Assembly (NCBI RefSeq): GCF_000150275.1 | Contig: NW_002060956.1 | Span: 525,379 to 589,378, forward strand | Direction: 5' to 3' | Length of the DNA stretch: 64,000 nt | From: Trichoplax adhaerens | Taxonomy: Eukaryota; Animalia; Placozoa | Shown here: positions 1-15,002 of the stretch, piece after piece | Numbering within the stretch: the stretch's first letter is position 1 | How the letters are laid out: every line of letters begins with the position of its first letter | Notes under the pieces: generated by a model | Database searches by the model: none | Seen by the model: the letters and a program-made list of their open reading frames with translations, nothing else | Told to the model about the DNA's origin: nothing | Position numbers and translations under genes: made by a program

Positions 1-3000
1 TGGAATGCTTCGAAATTTTGTTCTTCCACGGGTTTCTTACCCCACTCCAAGCATAATTCCTTTATAACATAAGAATCAGCCAAATTGTAAAACAATTTAT
101 ACATAATATTATTAAATAATACGATGTATATTTACTTATTCGTGCTATATGGACATTGCAGAGTTAGTATGTTATAATTCAATTATATAATAATCAATAT
201 GAGAATAAAGATGAAAGGATAAAATATTTTTTGCTTTGAAAGTTTCCATAATTACATGTGATACTCTGTCTGTATCAACTATCGATTATTAACATGTACT
301 GCACTTCATATAAGGCTTTTCAAAGAGCGATGATTTTTGCAATTCATATGGTTCACTAGAAATGAACCTGTAGCGATACAGAAAAGTTAAGAGTATAAAT
401 ATTTACTTGAATACGTTTTTCTTTCTTTTGGAAGATATCTTGCTTTCTTTTTAGAGCCAATAATTCCGCTTTAAGTTGAGAAACTTCACCACCATCATTA
501 CCTTGACCAGGTATCACTGAAGCCCTACGTGTATTTGAATCTTGAATACTGTCCATTTGGCGTAATTCCTTTGTGAATTGATGAATTATGGCGTTATGTA
601 GAATAGCCGTTTGAGTTAAAATTTTGCAAAGAACAACGAATATCATAGTTGTAATTTACCTTCGTGGACATCTTCAATAATCTTGGATCAGCGACACTAT
701 CTTCTTGACGACCAAACATTTGCAATGTGACGCAACCTTGGTCGAACCAGTCTAGATGGTCTTGAGTAATTGTTGCTAAAGTCACAATGCGAGTATGATT
801 ATACTCTGGTGATAAAGTACCAGATTTGGTTTCTGTTTGGGTTAAGGTTTCTTCATTATAACATCTGTACTTGACTGTTAAACCTTTACTAAATCGAGCT
901 TTATGGATTTCAGCATTCCTAATTGTGACCTAAAGAGTGAAAACGATATGATTTGCAGAATTGTTGTACTAGGTAAGCAAGCTAGAAAATTTTTGTTATT
1001 GTAAAAATTTATTACTTCAATAATCAAGTAGTATCTTAATATCTACATCAGATCTATATCGTAACAGTAGTTACTATTTATACAAAATTATAACGATTTA
1101 CATAATTTTGAAAGTTTTCATTTTTCAAAATACACAATTTAATTACCTTGAAGTGATATGGCTTGCCAAGCAGATCACCCGGCTCCTCAACAAAGTAATC
1201 ATCTCCTAGAGGTTTACCATTTGCTAAACATGGTGTACAACTAACGGAGATAAATCCTTCTTCAGCGCCCTAGTTTTAATATAAAATTGAATTATTTCAT
1301 TAACTATGAGATATAAAATAGCCTTATATTGCTTCATCAGACGCCTTTACAACTACAATCGTAGATACAATACATTTTAAACTTATTGCAACTAGTTATT
1401 AAATATACAAATACGATATTCTTCTATAGTAAATACATTTATCTAAACAAACTCTATCCATAGTCGTACCTTATAATCTGTAATTGTTAATCTATCATCA
1501 AAATCTAAGCCGTATGCCAAACTCTGTAAAAATATACTAGCAGTCCCGATAAGAACGTCTTCAGGAGGTTCCCAGAATGGATCTTCTTCGTTCGGAATTT
1601 TCTTTACGTCTTCATCTCCGTCTAAGTGACGTTGGTATAGGTCCTAAACGATTTATAAAATGAGCTGTTATATCTCAAGATAACTTGTCAAGTATATTAG
1701 TAATTGACTATTAGTATGAGACTAATTATACCTGCATCAAATAACGACGATTCATAAATTTGCCTCTCTCCCAGACCCATGTATTACCATTCAGTAGGTC
1801 TTTCATCTTCACCATAACTTTAGTAGTTTTATTACTGGATATACCTTCCATTGCAGCACCAGAAATCAAAATTACCTCAAAAGATCTATTATAGGTATAT
1901 AGAAAAATCAATAATAATTTAGATAAACCATACTAGTACAAAACGGTTGAATTACTGTTCTAAACTATATTCTAGATATAAACAGAGTAAATATTTGTAG
2001 TTACAACTTACTCATATCATTTTACATCAAATTTCTACTATACTATAATTCTGTACAATGTACTTATCTATTGTGCTAGTTGAATGTTACTAGCTTGATC
2101 AATAAACTATACCAAATAAATACTATACATGTAAACAATTATATCTTTTGAAAATTACCTATGCTTATCCAATTCTTCACTGACAGCATTGACTTCACTG
2201 ACAAGTGGGAGCAGTTCTAAAACTTGTTCTTGAGCAATTTGTTGTTCTATAATACGATTTTATCACAAATATGAACTATACTATCTTAACACTTGTCCTC
2301 TCCTTATTCTATACTCTAATAGTAATCAATACAACTAATGTAATATACTTCAGTTTACGATAGTACAAACCTTTACTTAATCCTTGACCTCCTGTACTAA
2401 ATCCTTTACTAGCTGCTAATTCTTTCTGTGCGAATTCGTAATCGATTTTATCAGGAGTACCATCCGGTAAAACTGGGTTCTTAGGATTGTTGAAAACGAA
2501 CAAGTTGTTAGAACCGAACAGGACGCGATCAAAGTGTTGTAACACTCTTTCGCCGGTTAGCGGTGCACCATTAATCTTAGTCTTAGCGCCAGGTACGCCC
2601 GGTTTAATGCTAACTTGATCGTTTTCTAGCGTCATAATAGAATGCTGCTTTTGAACACTAAAGCCAAATAGACGACAATACACAGTAAACTGATTAGTAT
2701 TATAGCTTTACCCTCGTAACTTAGATCTATTTATCTAAACTAATTTTTTTATCAATAATTACAAACATAGTAATCTATTAGTATTGTCTGTATTATACGT
2801 GTATTATATATCTTTAAATTATCTTAAATACTTTCCCTTACCCTAAACCACTAATGGCGACATCAGGACTTGCATTAGCTAATCCGATAAAGTTCTCTCC
2901 TATACAATCGCAATAATAAAACAAACAATACCAATTAGAAAATCTTAACACTATTACAACTATTCCAATAAATCTAATACATAAATCTACTATATTAAAA

Positions 3001-6000
3001 TTAATTTAATCTAATCTAATCTGCAGTACGAGTCGACATACCTGATTTGATAAAGTGAACGATAACTCCTGATAACTGTGGATCTTCGTTTAAGTTTGTA
3101 AGGTGTGGCTCTGTCTTCCTTCTCATAGCTGCATTCTCTTTTTGTGATGTCTTCTCACTGTAGTTTTGTTGAGATTCTTTGAGCTAAGAATAATTACAAA
3201 AAATTACAACAAAATTCATTTACTATCTAACGAGTTTAAGCTCTATTCGATATGCATTAAATGATACATGTTATTATTGTAATTCGAATAGTTGCGTAAC
3301 GAAATAGCTTACTTTGTCATCCCAACTAGTAGACATTTCTTTCATTGCATCCATGTTAGCTAATAACTGAGCTTTAATTTCTTCCTCCATCTCTTTCTTT
3401 AGTCGTTCTCGTTCTATTTACAATCATTAGAATATAAATACTAAGCTTAACAAATTCTATTTCTAACGGTATCTTTAAGTTTACGAGAAGCTGTTGTATT
3501 ATTTATATTTACGTATAATTGTATCAATCTATCTAAAAGTTTTGTAATTTAGTCTTACTTAATATTGTTTATTAATATTATTATTAATATTACGATAATC
3601 TTACCTCCAGGATCGATTGCTGCTCCGCCTTCCGATGGAATCATACCGCCTTCCATTGCTCTTTTTAGTTTTTCGTTTTCTTCTTTTAATTCGCGAATCA
3701 GTTTCTCCATAGGATTCTCATTGACAGTGGCTTTATTTTTAATCTTCTTCGCACGATCAGCATAACTGAAAATGTTCGTAGTAACCATATTAACTCATAA
3801 ATACATATAAAATCATAAACTAAATTATACAAACAATTCGTTCATTAATTAATATATTTTATACTTTACCGTAGTGTGCCGAGTGTTTCGTCGAAGTTAA
3901 TATCAGCAGGCGATAATGCAGCAATCATCACAGTTTTACTATTTAGTACATTATTATTAACAAATACAAAGGAAAAGAAGTATTATATGAGTTTATATTC
4001 GCCAGCGAAAATAGAATAATCACATCTTACTTCTGTTTAACACTATCTAACGCTTACCTGTTACCGCCAAGAGCGTTTTGTAATAATTTAGTCAAGACCG
4101 AATCACGATAAGGTACTTTTATCTTCTTCTTACTAGTAGATAACTCGGCAAGAGCCTAATAAATCGTTAATTACTTTAGACCAAAAATTGAAGACTCACG
4201 CTCTATATTAGTATACGAGTAAAATTATCGATAAAGTTTTATATATATACTTACAGATATAACGTTACCCAAAGCAGATAAACTCTTGTTAATTTGTGCA
4301 CCTTCTTTTAAACGATCGCCAGTAGCTCCGGTACTATCAGCTCTTTCGCTTCCTATGTAAAATTTTATAAAGATATTGTAAGTTATTATCAACTTAATTC
4401 TTCACACTCCTTACTTAGCTCATTTTTACTCTGTTACTCGTCTATATTGTTATACTTATTTACAGACTCTTACCTGCAAGATCGACTAAATTTATAACAC
4501 TAGACTTTTTAGTTTCTTCGCCAGCGTCGTTTTTCTTAATTTGATCGAATGTAATTGTGACGACAGTATGAGCTCGAGAACTCGTCGCATTCATGTTAGT
4601 TGCTGCAACAGTTCGATTTGCGGTTCCTATTACGAATATAGTAAAGTTAAGTTATCATATTTTAGATTTGATAATAATACATCACCTACATAAAGTATTT
4701 AAAATATTTAAAATATTACATACTAAGAATTTTAAATTTATAGTTGATTGTAATAATACTTGTTTACATTTATGATTATCTAACCTTCTGCGGTTCTTCT
4801 TTCTATTTCTTCGTAGCTGCCAACAGCAGTTTTCTTTAAATCTACAACGTAGAAAAGCCCTAACTTCGGATTTTCACGAACCTGAATAAAATATATAATA
4901 TATCTTATCTTTACTTGTTATTCAGTAATATAAAGAAGGAATCGCTAACAAACATAAACTAATCATAAAATAGTTATATACAATAACACGTATGTAAATG
5001 ATAATAAATTATCTATTATTTTCTATACCTTTAATCCACCCTTAGGATTGTTTCGGATTAATAAATCGCGAACTTGTTCATTGTAAATTTCCAACATACT
5101 GAACGTAACTTCATATTTCTGTCCAAATCCAATATAACAAATATCAGTAACTCGTCAGTATAGAGTGCTATTTATTATCTAAGAGTCTCGAAGTTTACAA
5201 TCTTCGATTTGTGTTACTTATTAATTAATTACTCTATATAGTAGTTTATTACAGTTAGATTTATCTATTACCGTATCTCCTTTATCTGCTTCGATTGCTT
5301 TAAATAATTCGTCACAAGTGATAGGTACGATTCCCCTTAAAGTTATGTAGTACTTATGATTAGATAGTAGATATTTATAAAATCGTACTGAGTCTATTAA
5401 ACTATTATAAACTTATAAAAGCTGACAAGATCGATATTAGAAGTTTTTTAATATCGTAAAGAAACGCGATCGTATACTATTTAGTAAGTAGATTAACTTA
5501 CTTATTTGGACCGTAACCGACCATAGAATAAGATTTACCAGACCCGGTCTGACCATAGGCGAAAAGTGAACAGTTATAACCTATATCAATACAGTAGTGT
5601 TAAAGTATAAATCAGGTTATGAGACCAGCTCCTATTTTATTATACTGTATTCTATTATAAGTATCGATTTCATAAAGTATTAATAGATCAATGACAAGGC
5701 GATGATGATAAAATATTAATATCTAGATCGTAATACCTTCGAATGCGTTATTTAAAACACCTTGTCCAAGATCGTCAAATACAGCACGTTGTGATGCATA
5801 CTTGGGGCCCGTACCGACAAGGACACCATTATCGTCTTCGATGAATCCATCATGAGACCTTTAATAAATACAATAATCAATTTTACTTTTATTACACGAA
5901 ATACGAATAAACTGTATATTAGTATATGCCAGTATTAAAGTACGAGTATATACAGTATAAGAGCTAGCATGAATTATTACTCTACTTCGTATACGCGTAT

Positions 6001-7294
6001 AGTATAGTTATTTTATCCCATTTCTTATACGATAAATTTATAGTTCGCTATTACAATTACAAAACAAACAAATATCATGTGGATCATTAAATTTAATACT
6101 ACAGATTGATGAATTATTTTTTATGATATATAATAAATTTACTTACCAATACGAATAATCAAATGTGAACTTAATTTTGAATGATGAATTAGGGCAGTAG
6201 ATAGTTATAATGTAGTAAAGAAGAAAAAGTTATGATTATCTCATTTATAGACTATTATTACTATATTGATACAATTGGCTGTATAGTATAGAGTAGACGA
6301 TCTGAAGTTAATTTGCATTATTCTCAGCCATAATTTACGATATTATACAATTAACTGCGGTTATTTTCCACACTTACTCGTTTCGGTTCTGCCTCTGTTC
6401 GATTCCATCATAAAATTAGGAAATTAAATAAAAGCAACATTCGATTAAATCGCAGATTGGAACAAAGAAAAAATCAGATTATTAAAAGCTATGAAGGATT
6501 TGATTGCTGTACGGGATATGTGTAGAATACATACGTTTATGTACCGTACCGTATTATTAATTCAATTTTATAAAATAGATTATAAGAATGGACTACTTGA
6601 TTTGTAAATACGTATTGATGTTATGAGAAAAAATTAGGTAATCCATCCATAAATAGTCATTGTTGTTGAAGTAATCAATGACAGCCTATTAATCCCATTA
6701 GTTTAGACGTACTAGTATTTTCGGGATCAATTAAGGAGGTCTGAGGACCAGCCATTTCCACGATAAGCTTGGCATTTCTCTCTTTCTCACTAAAAAAATG
6801 AAATATAATATCGGTTAGAATAGTCGTTTTGAGTTAGCTTGATTGGCAACAACTATGGTACAGTACAGAGTGTTAATACTATCGTTAATTTTTTTAACTA
6901 AATGTTGTTCTTCTACAGCAGTGTTGAAAATGAATAATTTTTCGCTTGATGAAAAGATGAGTAATATTACATTACGCGTAATATAAAAGTGAGATATGTA
7001 CGCTATCTGATTTGTCATCATCCATCCAGGTTTTATATTGTATCGTGATCGGACGAATGTATCATTCTGGGAACACTCTTACACAAAAGAAATGGAAAGT
7101 TTATCCCTTACCGAGAGTTGAAAGGACGAACACGAACGGCTACTTTAACACTATATTGAAAGAAGAAAAATTAATCATTAAACATGATGACCACTACCGT
7201 ATTAAAACGATGAAAAGTAAAACAATCAATAATCCATATTCTTCCAATTTATAAATATCATTTGATTTTAATTTGCATACGCTTCTCCGCTCAT
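1..7294 (-). CDS. KIF28P: Kinesin-3 family motor, KIF28P-like (motor domain + FHA), multi-exon, 3' end beyond window
   Basis: Spliced translation [18 protein letters not shown] (ATG 7292-7294; exons 7281-7294, 7112-7150), [22 protein letters not shown] (P-loop ~5520-5580), [44 protein letters not shown]-like exon 2371-2657, [16 protein letters not shown] and DPFWEP motifs. Coding still open at position 1. Confidence 0.88.
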
Positions 7295-9981
7295 TTTTGG
7301 TGCTTGTTTATAGTTTTTTTAATAGATCTGTTAACGTGTAACTGGGATGGAAATTGCTATATAATCAATAAAAAAGCAAGATGACGAAAGGTAACTCGTC
7401 CTCTGCTTAAACAATTGCCTTGGATCATGCTGATCAGCAACGCCATTGGCTAATGGATTGCAATCTAATGATGGATTCCATGAATAGAATTTCAATTTTT
7501 ATTATTTTGTTGCACATAAGTAAAGGGAAAAAATAATATCCAATACATGCTGTCAATGATTTTAATCCAGCACAGCATGAAGTCCTTGATATGGACACAG
7601 AATAGCAGGTCAAGGAGGAGTAAACTGTATTATACTTATACTGCAATAGCAAGCAGCAGGTAGTAAGCCGTATTCATCTTTAATTGTCTGTGATTACGAT
7701 GGGTTGATAGTGATTGAGATGATGATGGTTGCTATGTATGATAGACTGGTAATGTCTAGGAATTTGGGCAGATAAATTGCATAGCTGCCTAACTGATAAA
7801 ATAACCGCATAATACTAATACCGTAACTGTATTGACACGTTCACTAGTAATTTACTAATACGTATGTAATATATACATAACCTATACATATATCACTTAT
7901 GGCGAAGGCAACTCAGAATAAAGAAGTGGGCTCCATGCTTCAGGCTACTTTGCAGTGTCTAACCTAGTATTGCGTGATTGACCTAGTGTCGTACGAGAGA
8001 ACATAACGATGGTTAGACTAAGTCTCTAGATTTGAGCTAAATAATGCTATCATCAATTCTGTAATAGTAAATATAGATTCAATTAAGCCTTCTTGATCTT
8101 GTCACCAATGCTGTTGTACATACTTAATTGGCAAGAAATAGCAGTAGCATTAATGCTATCATTAGCGAAGAAAATAATCCGATTCATGCAATGTTGCTCA
8201 TATTTATCGACTTTAAAGAAATCCATTTTATGTACTCTTCTATAGTATACGCGTATATCCAATACAGAAAGATAACTAGATGTACAGTAGAAACATCATT
8301 CAAAGGTAGTTGGGGGAGTCTAAATACGTCTCGCCCCTTTAACAGAGTTGTACATTATCCAATATTGAATTCATTTATTATGGACTCCATTCATTTGGCG
8401 ATATCCTATTTTTATTTTTATTTTATTTTGAATTCTTTATTTGATAACATGAAAGGTGATATATAAATAAATAAATATTCAGATTAAGTCCTGTGCTAAT
8501 GATACTCAATGCCGGATGACAGTGATGATGTAAAATAAAAAGTGCAAGTACAGTATGCGAAATATCACGGGCGATGTCAAACACTGTTAATATTATTGTT
8601 TATTACTTGTGAACCCAATTGTGCTGCTCGATAGCGAGACGCAACTGTCATAATGCTCAACTGTAGATGTAAAATCGATATTTGAAATTCGTATCTTTCT
8701 ACGCTTTACTATATTACAGTGTTCCAAGGATAAGCAGTCAATCTTGCACACCTAGCCATTCACGATAAATGCAGTGTTGCGCATTCCTGCTCCGACGCAG
8801 TTTTTACTGGCCTAAGGAACGGCAGCATGATGCAAAAAAGTGTCTGCCTACTACGTTGCTAACTGTCTATTATATTCCTACTACTGTACGTCGCTAACTG
8901 TGTTAGAACTGTTCGTTATTAGAGTCTGTAGTACTTTATACAGTAAAGTGAAACAATTTTACTTATTCTTAACAACTGACAAAAATAGAAGCAAATTTCA
9001 CAGCGTATACTAACAGTACTGCTCTGGTAGTTTTACTAAAGCGCAGTCTAGTTATATACCGTAGAGTTCTGTGAAATCCCAATTTGTTGCTATGATACCA
9101 TGCTATGACACTGTCAAGTTACAGTAGGTTACATAACTTACTCATAGTAACTGGTGTAACTGGTGTAACGTAACCATAGAGATTTTTTGACCTTCTTTCG
9201 GTGCGGGCAGAATCCGTACCGTCCGTCTCTTTCTCTTCAGTCCCTACTACGTTACTCTCGTGCTATATGGTATACGATTTCATTGATACGGTATAGTAGA
9301 ATGAGGGAAAAAATGATAACCTCCACAATATTTTGCGCTCAAGCCCTTTCCTTTACCGTCTCTTTCTTTTTTGTACAGTACAGTACTGTAGTGTATGATA
9401 CTGTACACTGTACCGTGTACTACCTACAATCAGGCATTCTCGCAGAATCCATCCATCCGTCCTATGAAACTTTCGATTTTTCTTTCTTTTCTCTTTTATT
9501 TATTTCGGAAAAAAGTTGAAGAAAACTTTGACTGGCTCCTTAACCTTTCATTTTATTAATTCCATTTACAGCGGGATTGAACTCTGTTAATGCGTAAGTA
9601 GAACTGTTAGAGAATTTCATTTTTAGTATTGGATAAAGATACTGATATCTTGCTTAGCAATTAGACCCGACCGATATCGATAAACGCATTAGGTGTTGTG
9701 ATAATCTAGTAGAACTAGAATTAATTAATATTTTTTTGTTTGAATTAAGAGAGAGAGAGGAAAAAAAATAAATACAACCACAGAGTATTATTATTAATAA
9801 AACAGCAACGATAACACAATCATAATAGCCACTCATTCATCATCAGAGCAGCAAGTCATCGTCTAATTCATCTTGTAACACATAGGTTGTTCCGTCATTT
9901 ACGAATTAATTAAATTGGTCATTGATTTGCCTACAACAACTTTCTTTTTCGATCGCCTCAGTTGAGTTGTCCTTTTTAACC

Positions 9982-10728
9982 ATGATCTGCTTCTCCAATA
10001 ATAAAATGTGGATTAGAAATGTTATAGAACCACTCAGCCAGCAACACTACGTTATCACGATCCGTTTACGAGTGGATGTTGGATTATGTGGGTGTCAAAC
10101 ACCGTATTTATTTATCAACGAATTTCCTCACGATATCGATATTTCTTGGTGTAATTATACGCCATTCTATAATGATACAAGAGGTTCATTTAAATTTGAA
10201 GAATTAGGCCATGCATTCGAGATAATTTGTAATTCTTGGCTGCCTAGTATTAACGCTTCAAATTATGTTATGTTTATTGATGGCAAAGAATATTATAGTG
10301 ACGCTACTAAAAGAGATTATTATTTACGTTACTTCGTTAAAATGTTGGCAATCAGTGTCTTAATTTTAGTTCCTACTATCATGTTGAGTGTTTTCGGTCT
10401 ACTTAAATATTGGTCAATAGCATTAATAAGCGTCTTGCTAAGTTTTGCAGTAATTGCTTTCATTTATAGCGTGATCGGTTTAATTGGTACAGTAACTTTC
10501 TTATTGCGACCGAAGGAAATCTTTGATATGGCTGCTCTGTGCGATCAATCTCAAATGATGATACCCTCGCCTCATGTTGTCCTCTCAACAAACCCTACTA
10601 ATAACTCCAATAACAATAATATACTTACCGAACGAGAGGAACACAATCATGATGAGACTTCTCTAAATGAACTATTAATTAAGCCCAAGAGTACCAATAA
10701 TAATATAGGAAGTATACAGCTATTATAA
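9982..10728 (+). CDS. Uncharacterised single-coding-exon membrane protein, family copy A (248 aa)
   Basis: Uninterrupted ORF from ATG 9982. Shares GH-x-x-EI-x-x-N and FIDGKEY..K.DYY motifs and two hydrophobic segments with ORFs 15003-15638 and 17863-18429. Confidence 0.8.
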   Translation: MICFSNNKMWIRNVIEPLSQQHYVITIRLRVDVGLCGCQTPYLFINEFPHDIDISWCNYTPFYNDTRGSFKFEELGHAFEIICNSWLPSINASNYVMFIDGKEYYSDATKRDYYLRYFVKMLAISVLILVPTIMLSVFGLLKYWSIALISVLLSFAVIAFIYSVIGLIGTVTFLLRPKEIFDMAALCDQSQMMIPSPHVVLSTNPTNNSNNNNILTEREEHNHDETSLNELLIKPKSTNNNIGSIQLL

Positions 10729-11336
10729 ATTTCAACCTTTTGATTTCGCTGTTGTGCAATTTAAGGCTATCCGCACGCTATGTTAGTATAGGAATAATGT
10801 TTCTTATGGATGATTAATGATTGACTTAATCCTAAATGCATCTTTCTTGTATATTATATCTATGAAGCCTACTAGCTTGTAGCTACAATCGTACTGAATT
10901 CAGAAACAGCACTATCATCATATTTTAAACTATCAAGAGAATATTTAAAAAAAAGCGTAAATCAACCGTTGTATCTTTGATTATATTACACTGTTACACA
11001 ACGGGTAGCACACGATAGCGTGTTTACTGAAATCTTAGAAGAAGATTACTATATCATATGTAAGTACTCTGGCATTATGTATTACCTGTAATATAAAATA
11101 AAAATAATCGAGTGCGGTGGCATATATTTCAGTAATAATATTACATATACGTATTTTATTTGATCCTTATGACTGGGTGATATTATAAAGGAGTGTATTA
11201 ATGTAGAAATCATTGTTCTACCGTTTTTAATAAATAAATTTATTTAAAAATAGCCTAAATCATTGTTTGATGTTCAATATCTCTTCTCCTGCAAATAAAT
11301 ATGTCTTCTCAAAGCATTAACTACAATTATAAGCAT

Positions 11337-11387
11337 TTGTGAGTAACATTTTGTCATGTCGTTCCATCGACAAAATGTTACTCACAA
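11337..11387. repeat. Perfect 19-bp inverted repeat, 13-nt loop
   Basis: TTGTGAGTAACATTTTGTC (11337-11355) / GACAAAATGTTACTCACAA (11369-11387). Confidence 0.9.
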
Positions 11388-12249
11388 TTGATATATCACG
11401 TATCAATGACAAAAGATTTTTATTATCCAGTGTTCGCTTACATTGATATAAATAGAAATAATCGTAGATAGACATAAAGATATAAATCTTGTTAAAAGTA
11501 CTTATACGATAATACCTTTATTACAAATCATAAATAACGATGTACTTTTTATTGTAAGTTTCAGTGGGATTTTGCAATAAATCAGCTGCAGATACTAAAT
11601 AAACTAACGAAAAGAATCACAATACAGTAATCTAATTAAAGCGGTTCTGTTGGCTTATCATTGCTTAGTCGATATCGCACATAACATTATGATACGAGAA
11701 ATGGTTACTTATTAAGGCTGAAATTATCGACAATTGCTACTATTAAGCGGAATAAAGTATCATTGTAGTAAAATGGCTTGGCTATGTTACAGCTATGTCC
11801 TCTATCAAATTTAAGTAGTGATCAAAATAAAATACCAACTATTTACAGATTTGTTTTATATTTCTACTGTTATTTCTGTAACCTAATGACTATAAAATTG
11901 CAATAAGGGAATAATACTGTAGAAATACTAACAACATTGGTATTATGGAATACTATAGAATTAAAGTAAAATTCGAATTCAAAATTTAATATAACTCATA
12001 TTTACAAGGTAATGAAATTTTAATAGGTAAGTAGTGATTAGCATTATCTTTCTAAGTGTATTTTATAGGTTATGGTCATGAAGCGACTATTCATAAGGAA
12101 GTACTTATCTTATTTTCAGTAGATGCCACAGCTTACTATCTACTTATAGTAATAAGGTTATCTAAAGATCCATACGTTTAGTATTAGGACAGATAACAGC
12201 ATGTTTTACAATTTTATCAAGTAACATCGATGTTTAAGTAGGAAGGTAA

Positions 12250-12505
12250 AAATTGATTCAAATTTCAACAAAATTTGATTTTTCATAGTTTAGTCAGAGG
12301 GAGGCGTGTGATTACAGTGGGCTCCTTATGATAGATGATCGTCAGTATTTGAGTGATACTGTAGGCAAATGTTCAGGAGGACAAGCCTAACAGCAGATAT
12401 ATAATGCATAATTCCCTTAAAACAAATTTTAGTTTGTAACAGTAGTAATCGTTAAGTATAATGGAGAGTTTGATAAGCCAGCGGTAGAGGACTTCGTTGC
12501 CATGG
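12250..12505 (+). pseudogene. Possible decayed CUB-domain fragment
   Basis: KLIQISTKFDFS*FSQREACDYSGLLMIDDRQYLSDTVGKCSG then SSNR*V...SGRGLR resembles the CUB pattern F-x-x-F-x-LE..C-x-YD..I-x-DG..G-x-x-CG..SN-x-L..SGRGF. Contains stops. Confidence 0.3.
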
Positions 12506-15002
12506 AGAGAATTACACAAATATTTTAGTAAAAAAGAGATACTTCATTGCAGATTATAATTGCGCGCAATGAGGTAGTCACGGTAGAGCAGCGTGTATAG
12601 CTGTCGTGAAGTAACGTGAGAAAATACTAAAGCTGTGACTTTTACAATTAACGAAGTCTGAGGTAGAAATTGGTGGTACTTATAGTTTAGATACAACACG
12701 TACCATAACGGATTGTATAATAGCAAATGATTGTAGAGAATAGCGAAGACTATAGTGCTAAAGACGATAAACTATATTTGGCTATAATCCAATAAGACTG
12801 TAAAGATCTCCATATTTAAGAACTATATTAAATGCATATATTTAAGAATATTTTCGAGCTACACTACAATCGAAATATACTACTTAAGGCATGTTAATAG
12901 AATCTTAAAAATACTTCGACATACAGTAATGCTTGTTATAAAGTGTAGTCCTACAGTATATATATGTACAGTACTCCGAAATGAATATTTTTAAGAAATG
13001 AGAGTATTGCTCCTGAAACACTGATTACTAAGGTATTATACTGTATAGCTTACTGTACATACTAGTATTCTAACTTAATTACTAAATCACATGGTACATT
13101 TGAATAAAATTCATATTTGGTATCGTCAAACATACTGATATTATGTTGTAATATTATATTGTAAGTACTATTAACAGCATTGAAGAATAATAAATTATCC
13201 TAAGCCGGACTTTACATTTCTTTAATTAAAACATCACAATTAGTATTACAAAAAATAATATTTATGGTATGAAACTACAGAGTATGAAATAAAAATATTT
13301 AAAATAATCATTAACTTCCTTAATTGTTTGAAACTTCATTAATAGGATCTAGATAGCTGTCTTCAGTTAGCCTTTCATAAAAGAAGATAAATATAAAGTT
13401 TTGAACAAGTCATTATTATTCATTAATATTAACAGGAATATGCCATTAACAGAAAATAGAAATAATTGACTATACTTAAATAAAAAAATCCATTAACTAC
13501 AGTGGTGGTTAAGACAATATCACAAATACATAATGCAAGTTCTGCTAAATAACAGTGGCAATAACAATGCAGGTACCCAAAATACGCTTTCATTTATAAT
13601 GCGATCTTGATAGTAAATGTCACACCATGTAATTATTATTTATTAGAAGTATATTTGATACACAATCTTCATAGAGTATCATGAACAGAGCTTGCAGAAG
13701 AGAGACATTGGCTACAGATATAGACGTTCATGCAAGGGCTATGTTGTAACGATCTGATAGGGTATTTAGCGGTGTAGCTTCGAGAACACATCAGTTTTTT
13801 CATCTGCTTGTATAATATTTATAGCTGAGTGCAACAACTGTAGATAAATGTAAATCTCTGAATAGTAGAAATGCGAATTAATGTGAGTTTAAATTATCAA
13901 GATATTTAAATTTGTAGATAAAAGATGTCACATTGATATAAAATTTAAGACAGGCTATCGATACTCTTTGGAGCATTATAATGTTGCCTAAAACCAACAA
14001 AAATGACGTCTTGAGCAACAGCTAAGGTATGCACACGTTAATCTAACACTATGTTGTACTTCATAAGTTCATCTTCTATAATACCATCCTTAAAATTAAT
14101 TCTGGATTAATTGGACATTTTTATTATTTCAGTTCTCAGTTAGATACATCATAGAGTATAAGGAAAAAGGGTCAGAAATTCCGTTCTTTTTTAGTTAGTT
14201 TAAGAATGTAATAATCAACAAAAAATCCTAAAGACTATTTGGAAATTGTTATTCAATACTGGCAACCATGGCAATTAAAACCAATCGTAATACTAAATAA
14301 TTACGGCAAATAGTATGTTCAGCCAGGGATACCAAAAGGGAGAAATAGTCCCTAGTTTAGTTAGTACAAAAGAGAAGCCACAGCTCGGTGACCATCCGAA
14401 AGGATAAACTCTTGAATTTAGCCAAATACGTACTTGAAGTAATCCTATGTTTCACTATGCCCATCTTTGTAGAATTATTGGTGGACCATGAATCCAACCA
14501 CCAAAACTACGAAAAAAACGTAGTAAAGAAGGATACGCGTGTATGTAGAAAAGCCTAAATACTTAGATCAATGTTATAGTGTAGGAAGTTAACATTCTAT
14601 CGTTACTTCTGAAAATGCTTATACATCATTAAATTTCGAAATGAGAACGTATCGTACGATAAGAATTCAAGATTACATAAGATAAATCTATCCTACATAC
14701 GCCTCGTACTTGCATATTGTAGTAGCATAGACCACTATACGAATATTTTTAGATATTCTACGACGTAGATTATATTAGTGTCGATTTGTTCAACTTTTAG
14801 TAATCCTTTATCTTATTCTTTAAATATTGCAAGATAATCCTATCTATACTTTTGTTTTGGTGTAATTACTGTGGATCTTACGCTTTTCTCGCCCAGCAAA
14901 GTCACACCTATGACTGTGTTGGTTCATGAAATTACACTTAAAAATTCGTTCAAGTAGAAATCGTGATCAAATTCTTCAAGGGTTGAGAGCAATATCATAT
15001 CG

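Noticed and set aside
14290-14450. Minus-strand YPFGWSPSCGF fragment resembling a GPCR loop or the family WSP motif
   Set aside because: Short, bounded by stops, with no other supporting motifs.
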